From assembly GCA_016786665.1 (NCBI GenBank), contig JAEUVZ010000032.1:1-64000 (forward strand): a DNA stretch of 64,000 nucleotides, given 5' to 3'. This DNA is from Flavipsychrobacter sp. GTDB lineage: Bacteria; Bacteroidota; Bacteroidia; Chitinophagales; Chitinophagaceae. Positions 40,697-48,866 of the stretch are shown in pieces; position 1 is the first letter of the stretch, and each line of letters begins with the position of its first letter. Position numbers and translations under genes: made by a program. Under the pieces are notes generated by a model that was given only the letters and a program-made list of their open reading frames with translations, had not been told where the DNA came from and ran no database searches.

Positions 40697-40945
40697 CCCG
40701 CTCGGCGTAGTCTCTGACTGCGTCGAAACCGGTTGTCAATCTCCAGATTGACGAAACTCTTTACTCATACCTATCACACAATTTAAAATGAATCTCACTG
40801 GCGCGGGAGTTAGCGATAGCGCTCCCGTGTCGGCATAGGTAAACCGGACCTTGTCCGGCTGCACAACCACCGATACTGTCGTTCTTTGGCGGAAGCGTCC
40901 CGCTTGCGGAAATGAAGTTAATTAATAATCCGTGGTTTCCTGGGA
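40697..40945 (+). repeat. Mosaic hairpin-rich repeat, copy C (modules S1+S2)
   Basis: ~90% identical to the S1+S2 part of copy A. It starts with the TIR-like hairpin ggcgtagtctctgactgcgtcg. Confidence 0.7.
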
Positions 40946-40955
40946 GAAGAAGCTG

Positions 40956-40992
40956 GTGAGGTTATTCCGCTGTGCTCCATGAGGAAAGTTGC
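40956..40992. repeat. Right copy of the 37-bp imperfect inverted repeat bounding the islet
   Basis: gtgaggttattccgctgtgctccatgaggaaagttgc is the reverse complement of 37797-37833, with ~5 mismatches. Confidence 0.6.
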
Positions 40993-41149
40993 ATCGCCAG
41001 ATCGAATTTGAGACAGGCGCCATAGACCAATGCACTGAATCGGTTCTATCAGTTTCACTGCCACCTCTCACGAGATTTCTCTCTTCACTACGTTGTACTC
41101 CATTTCGTTTGAAATGAGGGCGTAGATGGGGCTGGGTGGACTTGATGCA

Positions 41150-41183
41150 AAAAATAAGGATTGCACTTGTGCAATCCTTATTT
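41150..41183 (-). terminator. Rho-independent terminator immediately 3' of tRNA-Lys
   Basis: On the minus strand: aaggattgcac-aagt-gcaatcctt followed by attttttg. Confidence 0.8.
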
Positions 41184-41186
41184 GTG

Positions 41187-41259
<73 letters not shown>

Positions 41260-41307
41260 TTCACCGTTGGGACGGCAAATATAGTGGTTTTCAGGAAAAT
41301 CGTTTCA

Positions 41308-42567
41308 CTAAAATCTTCTGCGGCGTGCGGGGGGCCTGCGGTCCCTGGAGGGGATGGAGCCGCTTACCGCGTTGGGGCGCTGCACTATCTCTTTATTTTT
41401 CGGCGGGCGTATCTGCACCAGTCCGCTATCTGCTGATATAAAGGGGTGGCTTTCCACCACCGGTATCTGCAGGCCTATCAGCTTTTGTATGTCTTTCAGC
41501 TCGCTGCGCTCTTCGGCATCGCAGAAGGAAATAGCTATGCCGCTGGCACCTGCGCGGGCCGTGCGGCCTATGCGGTGCACATAGGTTTCCGGCACATCGG
41601 GCAGCTCAAAGTTGAACACGTGCGATATGGCTTCCACATCTATGCCGCGCGCGGCTATGTCGGTAGCTATCAGCACGGGCGTTTCGCCCGACTTAAAATT
41701 GTTGAGCGCTCGCTGGCGGGCACTCTGCGATTTGTTGCCGTGTATGGCCTCGGCCTTTATCCCTTCTTTAAAGAGGTCTTTCACTACTTTATCGGCACCG
41801 TGCTTGGTGCGGGTAAACACCAGGGCGCTGCGTACGCTCTTGTCTTTCAGCAAATATACGAGCAGCTTTTTCTTGTCCTTCTTGTCTACAAAGTATAGCG
41901 ACTGGGCTATCTTTTCTACCGTGGAGGATACCGGTGTTACTTCTACCTTTTCCGGATTCACCAATATGGTATTGGCCAGCTTCTGTATCTCCGGCGGCAT
42001 GGTGGCCGAGAAGAACAGGGTCTGCTTCTTGAGTGGCAGGCGGGCTATCACTTTCTTTACATCGTGTATAAAACCCATGTCCAGCATCCGGTCGGCCTCA
42101 TCGAGCACAAAAATCTGCAGGTTGTTGAGGTGCACAAAGTGCTGGCCTATCAGGTCCAGCAGTCGGCCGGGCGTGGCCACCAGTATGTCTATACCGTTCT
42201 TCAGCGCCTGTACCTGTGCGCCCTGCGGCACACCACCAAAGATAACGGCGTGCTTCAGCTTCAGGTTCTTGCCGTAGGCGGCGAAGCTCTCGCCTATCTG
42301 TATGGCCAGCTCGCGGGTTGGGGTAAGTACCAGGGCTTTTATGGTTTTGTGATGGCCGCGCTCTTCGGGCAGCTTGCTGAGGTTTTGCAGTACGGGCAGC
42401 GCGAAAGAGGCCGTTTTACCGGTGCCGGTCTGGGCGCAGCCCAGGAGGTCTTTGCCGGCCAGTGCTATGGGTATGGCTTCTTTCTGTATGGGTGTGGGGC
42501 TGGTATAACCTTCAGCCGTGATTGCGTCCAGTATGGGCGCAACGAGGTTCAAATCTTTAAATGTCAT
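41308..42567 (-). CDS. rhlE: DEAD-box ATP-dependent RNA helicase (RhlE-like)
   Basis: Q motif, AQTGTGKT, DEAD, SAT and HRIGRTAR, with a basic C-terminal tail. Confidence 0.85.
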   Translation of the reverse strand: MTFKDLNLVAPILDAITAEGYTSPTPIQKEAIPIALAGKDLLGCAQTGTGKTASFALPVLQNLSKLPEERGHHKTIKALVLTPTRELAIQIGESFAAYGKNLKLKHAVIFGGVPQGAQVQALKNGIDILVATPGRLLDLIGQHFVHLNNLQIFVLDEADRMLDMGFIHDVKKVIARLPLKKQTLFFSATMPPEIQKLANTILVNPEKVEVTPVSSTVEKIAQSLYFVDKKDKKKLLVYLLKDKSVRSALVFTRTKHGADKVVKDLFKEGIKAEAIHGNKSQSARQRALNNFKSGETPVLIATDIAARGIDVEAISHVFNFELPDVPETYVHRIGRTARAGASGIAISFCDAEERSELKDIQKLIGLQIPVVESHPFISADSGLVQIRPPKNKEIVQRPNAVSGSIPSRDRRPPARRRRF

Positions 42568-42696
42568 TAATTAATTATAAAATGGAAAAAATACTAAAAG
42601 GCGGGAACTCATTGGTTACTCAACTGTTAGAACAGCGAAGGTACAACAATTATATTAAATCGGTTTTTTAAGCGTCTATCCGGATATAAAGACTCC

Positions 42697-43143
42697 TTAC
42701 TTCTTCAGCCTGAGGGCAATGGCTATATTGGAGTATGCGGGGTCCTCGGTTACCTCCCTGCCGCAGAAGCCGGGTATGGTGGTGAGCTCGCCGGTGTACT
42801 CTATCTCTATTATGTTAAAGCCTACTTCGGCAGGGTATATATCTATATCAAAATGGAGTTCGCCCTCGCTCCAGCTACAGCGCTTCTTAGGGAGCTTCAG
42901 ATCCGCCAGTTGATATAGTTCTTCCCCTTCGGCATAGGGGATTTCGTATTCAAACTCGTGCCTATCGGTACTAGTCAGTTTTTGTTTGTAACCGATGATC
43001 GCTTTTTCTCCATCTATCAGCCTTACCCGCAGCTGGCGGTCGGAGGCAATCATCAAGTAGGCTTGTTTTAGTTCCTTCACTTCGTGCGGGGGAAGCTCGG
43101 GCATGTATTGGAGGATGAATTTACGTTCGCGTTCCAGTGGCAT
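42697..43143 (-). CDS. CYTH domain protein (triphosphate tunnel metalloenzyme, CyaB/YgiF-like)
   Basis: N-terminal ERERKF (ExExK) motif and EIEY acidic beta-strand motifs. Confidence 0.65.
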   Translation of the reverse strand: MPLERERKFILQYMPELPPHEVKELKQAYLMIASDRQLRVRLIDGEKAIIGYKQKLTSTDRHEFEYEIPYAEGEELYQLADLKLPKKRCSWSEGELHFDIDIYPAEVGFNIIEIEYTGELTTIPGFCGREVTEDPAYSNIAIALRLKK

Positions 43144-43702
43144 GGGGTAAAGGTACAGGATTGCGCGGAGTGGAGGGGATAGTATGGGCTGTAAGGGAGC
43201 GTTGAGGTGCCGCTATCAGCGGGGTGTTTTTTATGTGGATAAGCGCGAGGAATGTAAAAATGTAATCTATTGGTTATCAATATTTTAAGAAAATTATAGT
43301 TACATTTTACTATCATTTACTTACATCGTAGTGGCAGGATAGCATCAGACACTTACAGTTTGCCAACAGACAGTTTCAGGATAGGGACAGACAACAGCAG
43401 ACAGTTTCATTTTAGTTACATTTTTGTTTTAATGTGTTGGTTTAGTTTGTTTTATACTTGCGATGTAAATTTACTAAGATTTGCGGGCCTGGCAAATAAT
43501 GATATGCACAGTGGGGCAGCGTGGGTGGCTGCTGAGGTTCCTGCTATGGCAGGAATAGGCCGGCCGCAGACCGGTTTATTTATTGTGGCGGGGGTCTTCC
43601 GGAGGATGACGCGTGGGAGTGGGGGGAGGTGATATCCACATGTTGGCAGTTGCAAACTGCGGTTATTTGTTACCACAAGTTTCAAACTTGCGGTAGGGGG
43701 GG

Positions 43703-43906
43703 CACGGTATCGTTGACTATACAGGCGGCGAATACGTACGGGGCAAGATTCACACTAATAGCATTGAAGGCTTTTGGTCACAACTGAAGCGCGGTATCAT
43801 TGGTACATTTCATTCTGTATCACATAAGCATTTACAACGCTATTGCGACGAGTTTGCTCATAGACATAACAACAGGTCGTTAAGCCACAGAACGCTTCGC
43901 AAATAG
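43703..43906 (+). pseudogene. C-terminal remnant of an IS1595-family (ISXO2-like) transposase
   Basis: Translation HGIVDYTGGEYVRGKIHTNSIEGFWSQLKRGIIGTFHSVSHKHLQRYCDEFAHRHNNR matches the conserved IS1595 DDE C-terminus (N.IEGFWS.LKR...G.YH.VS.KHL..Y.DEF.FR.N). There is no start codon or N-terminal part. Confidence 0.7.
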
Positions 43907-44171
43907 CCTGAAAAACGCGACCAATACAAAACTGACATACAGGGAATTGACAGCAAAAAGGGAGGCTTAAAACCTCCCTTTTGTGGATATGTTATGCGTC
44001 CCGATGCGCTTAATAATGTTAATTTCACATTAATAAAACCTGTGTCCTATGCCATATTCCTGTCTCCGTCTATTGACGGTATTGCATAATTCGATAATAT
44101 ACCCCATCTTTACCCGTCCTTTGGCGCAATTTTTGAGCTTGTTTAACGTTTTTAGTAATAACTTTGCTATT

Positions 44172-44513
44172 ATGAACTCCATACGCACAATAGGTAAGCA
44201 CCAGATTTTATCACTCAATGTGAGTGTATTGGTGTTCCAGGAGGAAGGCTATTTTATAGCTTTCTGCCCTGCCTTGAAGCTGTCTTCTTATGGAGATAGT
44301 ATCGAGGATGCTAAGGAAGGTTTTGAGGAAGTAATTACCGCCTATATCGAGGAAACTCAAAGGCAAGGAACGCTTAATGAAGACCTGACAAAGCATGGAT
44401 GGGTTTTTCATTCTAAACAGGTTTTCCCTCCCGAGCAAGTTGATATAGACAATATCCCAGCAGGCTTACTTAAAAGGCAATTTAACCAGAGGTACGAAAT
44501 ACCTGTCTGCTAA
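44172..44513 (+). CDS. hicB: Type II TA antitoxin, HicB family
   Basis: UPF0150/HicB pattern VLVFQEEGYFIAFCPALKLSSYGDSIEDAKEGFEEVI. The stop directly abuts the hicA start codon. Confidence 0.65.
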   Translation: MNSIRTIGKHQILSLNVSVLVFQEEGYFIAFCPALKLSSYGDSIEDAKEGFEEVITAYIEETQRQGTLNEDLTKHGWVFHSKQVFPPEQVDIDNIPAGLLKRQFNQRYEIPVC

Positions 44514-44759
44514 ATGGGAATTAAGCCGATACCCGTAGATAAATTTGTAAGGTGGCTAGAAAGTCGAGGTTTGTCCTATCAAAGGACAAAGGCTTCGCAT
44601 GACCATTATAATTACCCAGAGCGCGACCCTAGAAGGCTCACCCGCAATGTTACCGTCCGCACAAAATATAAGGACATACCCCTGTTTCACATTCACACCA
44701 ATTTACAGACGATGGGGGTTACAAAGGCTGAATTTGAATCCGAAATAAAGTACTTCTAA
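44514..44759 (+). CDS. hicA: Type II TA toxin, HicA family mRNA interferase
   Basis: 81 aa with a ..GW...R.KASH.....P.....VTV..H...IP....NLQTMGV pattern like HicA (GSH..., V.VP.H). Confidence 0.65.
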   Translation: MGIKPIPVDKFVRWLESRGLSYQRTKASHDHYNYPERDPRRLTRNVTVRTKYKDIPLFHIHTNLQTMGVTKAEFESEIKYF

Positions 44760-44807
44760 CCATTGGTGTCAATGCGGTTACGTGTAATTAGGTATAGTTA
44801 CCCTCGA

Positions 44808-44986
44808 GAGGGGGTAGGGCTATGTAGCTTGTCTGCTACCTCTCAACAAACCACCTCCCCCTGCGCCCGGCCGGATGAACTATCCGTTCGGGCTGGGGTA
44901 CTCCTCGTTATTCGCTATCGCTCATGAGAAAAGTTGAAGGAAGGAGGAGCGCTTATTTTTTGGTTTTGTCACATTACCAACACATT
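44808..44986 (+). repeat. Direct repeat copy 1 in the deaD upstream region
   Basis: ~150 nt are shared with 45200-45346 (atgtagcttg...ctcaacaa.ccacctccccctgcgcccg.ccggatgaactatccgttcgggctggggtactcct...aaggaaggaggag.gcttatttt.ggttttgtcacattaccaacacatt). Copy 1 carries an extra 28-nt insertion. Confidence 0.7.
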
Positions 44987-45199
44987 CCTCCCCAGCCGTA
45001 TCTCTGCACAGCAGGACACGGCGGCATCACAGGAACTCAGCTGAGAGGAAGCTTCTACTCGCATCTGCCGTGTCCCGTTCAGGAGGCACGGCTGGCGTAA
45101 AAAAACAACACGAGTCCATGAGTCCGGGTTAGATTGCTTCGTGCCTCGCAATGACGTGAGTAGGGAGGCTGGTGCTGAGGTGTGCGACGCAACGATGTA

Positions 45200-45346
45200 G
45201 AGTAGGGGGATGTAGCTTGGTCACTACTTCTCAACAACCACCTCCCCCTGCGCCCGCCCGGATGAACTATCCGTTCGGGCTGGGGTACTCCTCCTTGAAG
45301 GAAGGAGGAGAGCTTATTTTGGGTTTTGTCACATTACCAACACATT
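45200..45346 (+). repeat. Direct repeat copy 2 in the deaD upstream region (contains ctcctcc/ggaggag hairpin)
   Basis: See copy 1. It ends ~85 nt before the deaD ATG. Confidence 0.7.
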
Positions 45347-45430
45347 AACACAATCCTTAAAATAAAATGGGGAAAGACGGAATAATAGGTGTACCTTTGC
45401 GGCTCATTTAGTAAAACAGATCTTAATTTA

Positions 45431-47272
45431 ATGACTACATTTTCAAGCTTCCCAATGCGGGAAGAACTGAAACGTGCCGTAGAGGACATGGGTTTTGAGA
45501 ACCCGACCCCCATTCAAGCAAAGGTTATCCCCGAGCTTCTCTCACAACCTTCCGACATCATTGGCCTGGCTCAAACAGGCACCGGCAAGACTGCCGCCTT
45601 TGGTTTCCCACTACTGCACCACAGCGACGTAACACTGAAACATGTTCAGTGCCTTGTACTCAGCCCAACCCGCGAGTTGTGCATGCAAATACAAGAAGAA
45701 TTTAAGAAATATGGCCAGCATATGCGTGGCCTGAAAACGGTAGCCGTGTACGGCGGCGTGCCTATTGGCGGGCAAATCCGTGAGCTGAAGTACCATCCGC
45801 AAGTGGTGGTGGCTACTCCCGGCCGCCTGATAGATTTGCTGGAGCGTAAAGCTATCTCCCTGGACGAGGTTCAGTACGTGGTACTGGATGAGGCCGATGA
45901 GATGCTGAACATGGGCTTCCGCGAGGATATCGATTTTATCCTGAAGAACACGCCGGCGCGGGAACACACGTGGCTGTTCAGCGCTACGATGAGCAACGAG
46001 GTGCGGGGCATTGCCAAGCGCTTTATGAAGGAGTGGAAGGAGTTCAGCGTAGCGGCCGCCAATAGTACCAACGAGAATATTGATCACCAGTATTACGTGG
46101 TGAACCATCATAACCGCTTTGAGGCGCTGCAACGCCTGCTGGACTTTACACCGGGTATCTACGGGGTGATCTTTGTGCGTACGCGCCAGGATTGCCAGGA
46201 TATAGCCGAGAAGCTGATGCGCCAGGGCTACCATGTGAGTCCGCTGCACGGTGATATGGACCAGAAGATGCGCAGCAAGGTGCTGGAGCGCTTCAAGAAC
46301 CGGAGCCTGCAGGCGATAGTGGCCACCGACGTGGCGGCGCGCGGTATAGATGTGAACGATATAACGCACGTAATTAACTACGAGCTTCCCGATGACCCCG
46401 AGGTGTACACGCACCGCAGCGGCCGCACGGCGCGCGCGGGCAAGAGCGGTATCTGTATGAGCATCGTATCGCCCAAGGAGATAGGGGGCATCAGGCAGAT
46501 AGAAAGGCTGGTGAAGCAGAAGTTTAACCGCAGCGATGTGCCGGATGGCGCGGAGGTGATACGGAAACGCCTGTTCCACTACCTGGAGCAGATAGAGACG
46601 GTGGAGCCGAAGAATAACTTTGCCGAGGTGTACCAGCAGAGCATCCACGAGCGCTTTGAGCACATGGACAAGGACGAGCTGATCAACAAGCTTATCTACC
46701 TGCAGCTGAAGGACGTAATGGACTCGTATAGCGAGGTAGACGACCTGAATGCCGGCTATGAGAATAGCGGCCGTGGCGGAGCCCGCAATGGCTCGGTGCG
46801 CCTGTTCATTAACCTGGGCAGCAAGGACGGCATTACCAGCAACGAGAAGCTGCTGCACTTTATAACCGACAGCACGGATATAGAGCCGGGCCTGGTGGAC
46901 CGCATTACGGTGCGGGAAATGAGCTCGTTCTTTAACGTGCCGGGCAGTGCTGCTGAGTTTATCAGCACGGCGCTGAGCCAGCGGAAGTATAAGGGCCGCA
47001 AGGTGCGTATAGAGGAAGCGGAGCAACGCACGGGCGGGCAAGGCGGCGGACGCAGCTATGGCAGCCGCGATGGCGGAGGCTACGGCGGTGGCCGCGGTGG
47101 CTACCAGGGCCGCACAGACGGTGGCCGCGGTGGCTACCGTGGTGACAGGGGCTATAGCCAGGGCGGAAAACAGGGTGGTGAACGCAGGGGCGGACAGCGG
47201 TTCTCGGAGAATTTCCGGGCGGCGCGCGGCAAGGACAGTTCACCAAACTTTAACAGGAGAGATAACGATTAA
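45431..47272 (+). CDS. deaD: DEAD-box RNA helicase DeaD/CsdA with DbpA-type RNA-binding domain and Gly/Arg-rich tail
   Basis: AQTGTGKT, DEAD, SAT and HRSGRTARAG motifs; a C-terminal DbpA-like domain (RLFINLGSKDGIT..); then an RGG/GGY-rich tail. Confidence 0.85.
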   Translation: MTTFSSFPMREELKRAVEDMGFENPTPIQAKVIPELLSQPSDIIGLAQTGTGKTAAFGFPLLHHSDVTLKHVQCLVLSPTRELCMQIQEEFKKYGQHMRGLKTVAVYGGVPIGGQIRELKYHPQVVVATPGRLIDLLERKAISLDEVQYVVLDEADEMLNMGFREDIDFILKNTPAREHTWLFSATMSNEVRGIAKRFMKEWKEFSVAAANSTNENIDHQYYVVNHHNRFEALQRLLDFTPGIYGVIFVRTRQDCQDIAEKLMRQGYHVSPLHGDMDQKMRSKVLERFKNRSLQAIVATDVAARGIDVNDITHVINYELPDDPEVYTHRSGRTARAGKSGICMSIVSPKEIGGIRQIERLVKQKFNRSDVPDGAEVIRKRLFHYLEQIETVEPKNNFAEVYQQSIHERFEHMDKDELINKLIYLQLKDVMDSYSEVDDLNAGYENSGRGGARNGSVRLFINLGSKDGITSNEKLLHFITDSTDIEPGLVDRITVREMSSFFNVPGSAAEFISTALSQRKYKGRKVRIEEAEQRTGGQGGGRSYGSRDGGGYGGGRGGYQGRTDGGRGGYRGDRGYSQGGKQGGERRGGQRFSENFRAARGKDSSPNFNRRDND

Positions 47273-47332
47273 GTGTAATATGGTTTAGGTTTTTAGGTGC
47301 CAAAGGCGTACCTTTGCATTCAATCAAATTTA

Positions 47333-47779
47333 ATGCGTATGAGGCGGTTGTTATTGATTACAATTTTATTCTTCGCGGTAAATGAGAGTAAGGCTCAAAG
47401 TATCAGCCAGGAGGTGAAGAACCTTCGTAAGGGTATTGCGAGTTTTTATCATCACAAGTTTGAGGGCCGTAAAACAGCTACGGGCGAGATATTTGACAAC
47501 GACAAGTATACCGCCGCGAGCAACACGCTGAAGCTGGGCACCTTTGTACGGGTTACGAACCTGAATAACGGGAAGGTGGTGTATGTGCGTATTAATGACC
47601 GCATGGCGCCTAACAACAAACGAGTGATAGACCTGGCCACGGTAGCAGCAGATAAGCTGGGCTTCCGGAGTGCCGGTACCGCGAGTGTAAAGGTAGAGGT
47701 GGTTCCCAGCTCGGAAGGGAAACTGGCTATATTGGCGCAGCGCAATGCTGAGTTTATAGCGCCAGCGAATGAGTTGTAA
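47333..47779 (+). CDS. Septal ring lytic transglycosylase RlpA-family (DPBB domain) protein
   Basis: Signal peptide, then DPBB pattern GIASFYHHKFEGRKTATGEIFDNDKYTAAS..LKLGTFVRVTNLNNGKVVYVRINDR. Confidence 0.75.
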   Translation: MRMRRLLLITILFFAVNESKAQSISQEVKNLRKGIASFYHHKFEGRKTATGEIFDNDKYTAASNTLKLGTFVRVTNLNNGKVVYVRINDRMAPNNKRVIDLATVAADKLGFRSAGTASVKVEVVPSSEGKLAILAQRNAEFIAPANEL

Positions 47780-47826
47780 TTTGAACCGGGATTTTTGGGA
47801 TTAACCAGATTGACCGGGTTACTATA

Positions 47827-47867
47827 AAGCGTCCTGCCTTTTTGGGTGGGACGCTTTTTTTGCGGGC
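47827..47867 (+). terminator. Rho-independent terminator after the rlpA-like gene
   Basis: aagcgtcc....ggacgctt followed by T7. Confidence 0.65.
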
Positions 47868-47884
47868 TGTAACCCGCTTCCTCG

Positions 47885-48052
47885 CCCAAGATACCAGGGA
47901 TTATTATTTAACTTCATTTTCGCAAGCGGGATGCTTTGGCCAGTGAACGACGGTATCAGTGTTTGTGCGGCCGGACAAAGTCCGGTTTGCATATGCAGAT
48001 ATGGGAGCCTCGCTCAATGCAGTTGTTCGGCCAGGCGCTGCGCTAACTCCCG
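47885..48052. repeat. Mosaic hairpin repeat fragment (inverted S2 piece fused to forward S3 piece)
   Basis: 47885-47935 is the reverse complement of the S2 3' end (aacttcattttcgcaagcgggatgctt). 47971-48050 has ccggacaaagtccgg and ggagcctcgctcaatgcagttgttcgg.caggcgctgcgctaactcc, matching S2/S3. Confidence 0.6.
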
Positions 48053-48149
48053 GGTAAGTGAGGGGGGATTAGTACCTAAGCGAATGTTACAAAAATGTTC
48101 CTTTCTTGTAACATTCAACCTTTGCGTCGTACAATAACAATGTTTATAC

Positions 48150-48539
48150 CTATTTTATCCAACTAAAACTTCTTACGTAACTTACCCAAATGGGGCGTTG
48201 CATGTCTTTTTCGTCTTCGAATGGTAATACCCCTCCTGTGTCGCAATTGCCAGTAAGTAGGCTGTCAATTTCCAATAGAAACGTACCAAAGTCTTGATAA
48301 ACATCATCGTTATGTTCAACTAAATCTCTAACTAGGAAAAAAATATCCTTACGTTTCCACCCTTCAACAATTAATCCTAAAATCCTATCGTATATAGATC
48401 TTTCAAACTTTTCGGGCTGATTGCCATTTGTTAAATTGTTTTTGACTTCAGTCAAAATTCCCTCTTTTATATTTTCATAGTTTTCAGGTAAGCCAGTAAT
48501 ATTCTCTTTTAAGAAAGAAAAGTCTCCAAAATTTTGCAT
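48150..48539 (-). CDS. Hypothetical cytoplasmic protein, AT-rich orphan cassette ORF
   Basis: 129 aa, low GC, no TM. It is bracketed by mosaic-repeat fragments, like the cassettes at 38-41 kb. Confidence 0.5.
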   Translation of the reverse strand: MQNFGDFSFLKENITGLPENYENIKEGILTEVKNNLTNGNQPEKFERSIYDRILGLIVEGWKRKDIFFLVRDLVEHNDDVYQDFGTFLLEIDSLLTGNCDTGGVLPFEDEKDMQRPIWVSYVRSFSWIK

Positions 48540-48611
48540 ATCATGCTGTTTAGAGTTGAAATTAATTAAATGGTATCTATCTAACAGAGTTTAGTAGACT
48601 TTGATATTCCC

Positions 48612-48710
48612 CCACTGGCTAGGAGTTAGCGATAGCGCTCCTGTGCGCACCCGGTAAAATGGGTCTCCGACGCGTGTAAGCCATAGTGGTGGAAGCGTCT
48701 AGCTTCCGAA
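48612..48710 (+). repeat. Degenerate mosaic hairpin repeat fragment (S2-like)
   Basis: cactggctaggagttagcgatagcgctcctgtg...ggtaaaatgggtctccgacg...ggaagcgtctagcttccgaag parallels the S2 module. Confidence 0.5.
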
Positions 48711-48866
48711 GAACTATGCCTCCTAACTATAAGCAATAAAGCCCGGAACTGCTTTTGGACATGCGTTTCCCATTGCCCGGTTCGTACTTATTATCCGGCC
48801 TGGTGTGCATATGTGTATAATAAGGGTAGGTTAATAAAATAGCGCACTATATATTTGGATGCAAAC

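Noticed and set aside
40655-40739. N-terminal extension (MTTGFDAVRDYAERGH...) of the 40263 ORF
   Set aside because: The extension lies within repeat module S1 and is closed by an in-frame TAA just upstream. The downstream ATG gives a clean TM-helix N-terminus.
37650-41150. Integron cassette array or retron interpretation of the repeat/ORF array
   Set aside because: The repeat units (250-430 bp) are far longer than attC sites, and no intI or reverse transcriptase is present in the window. The idea is kept only as a loose analogy.
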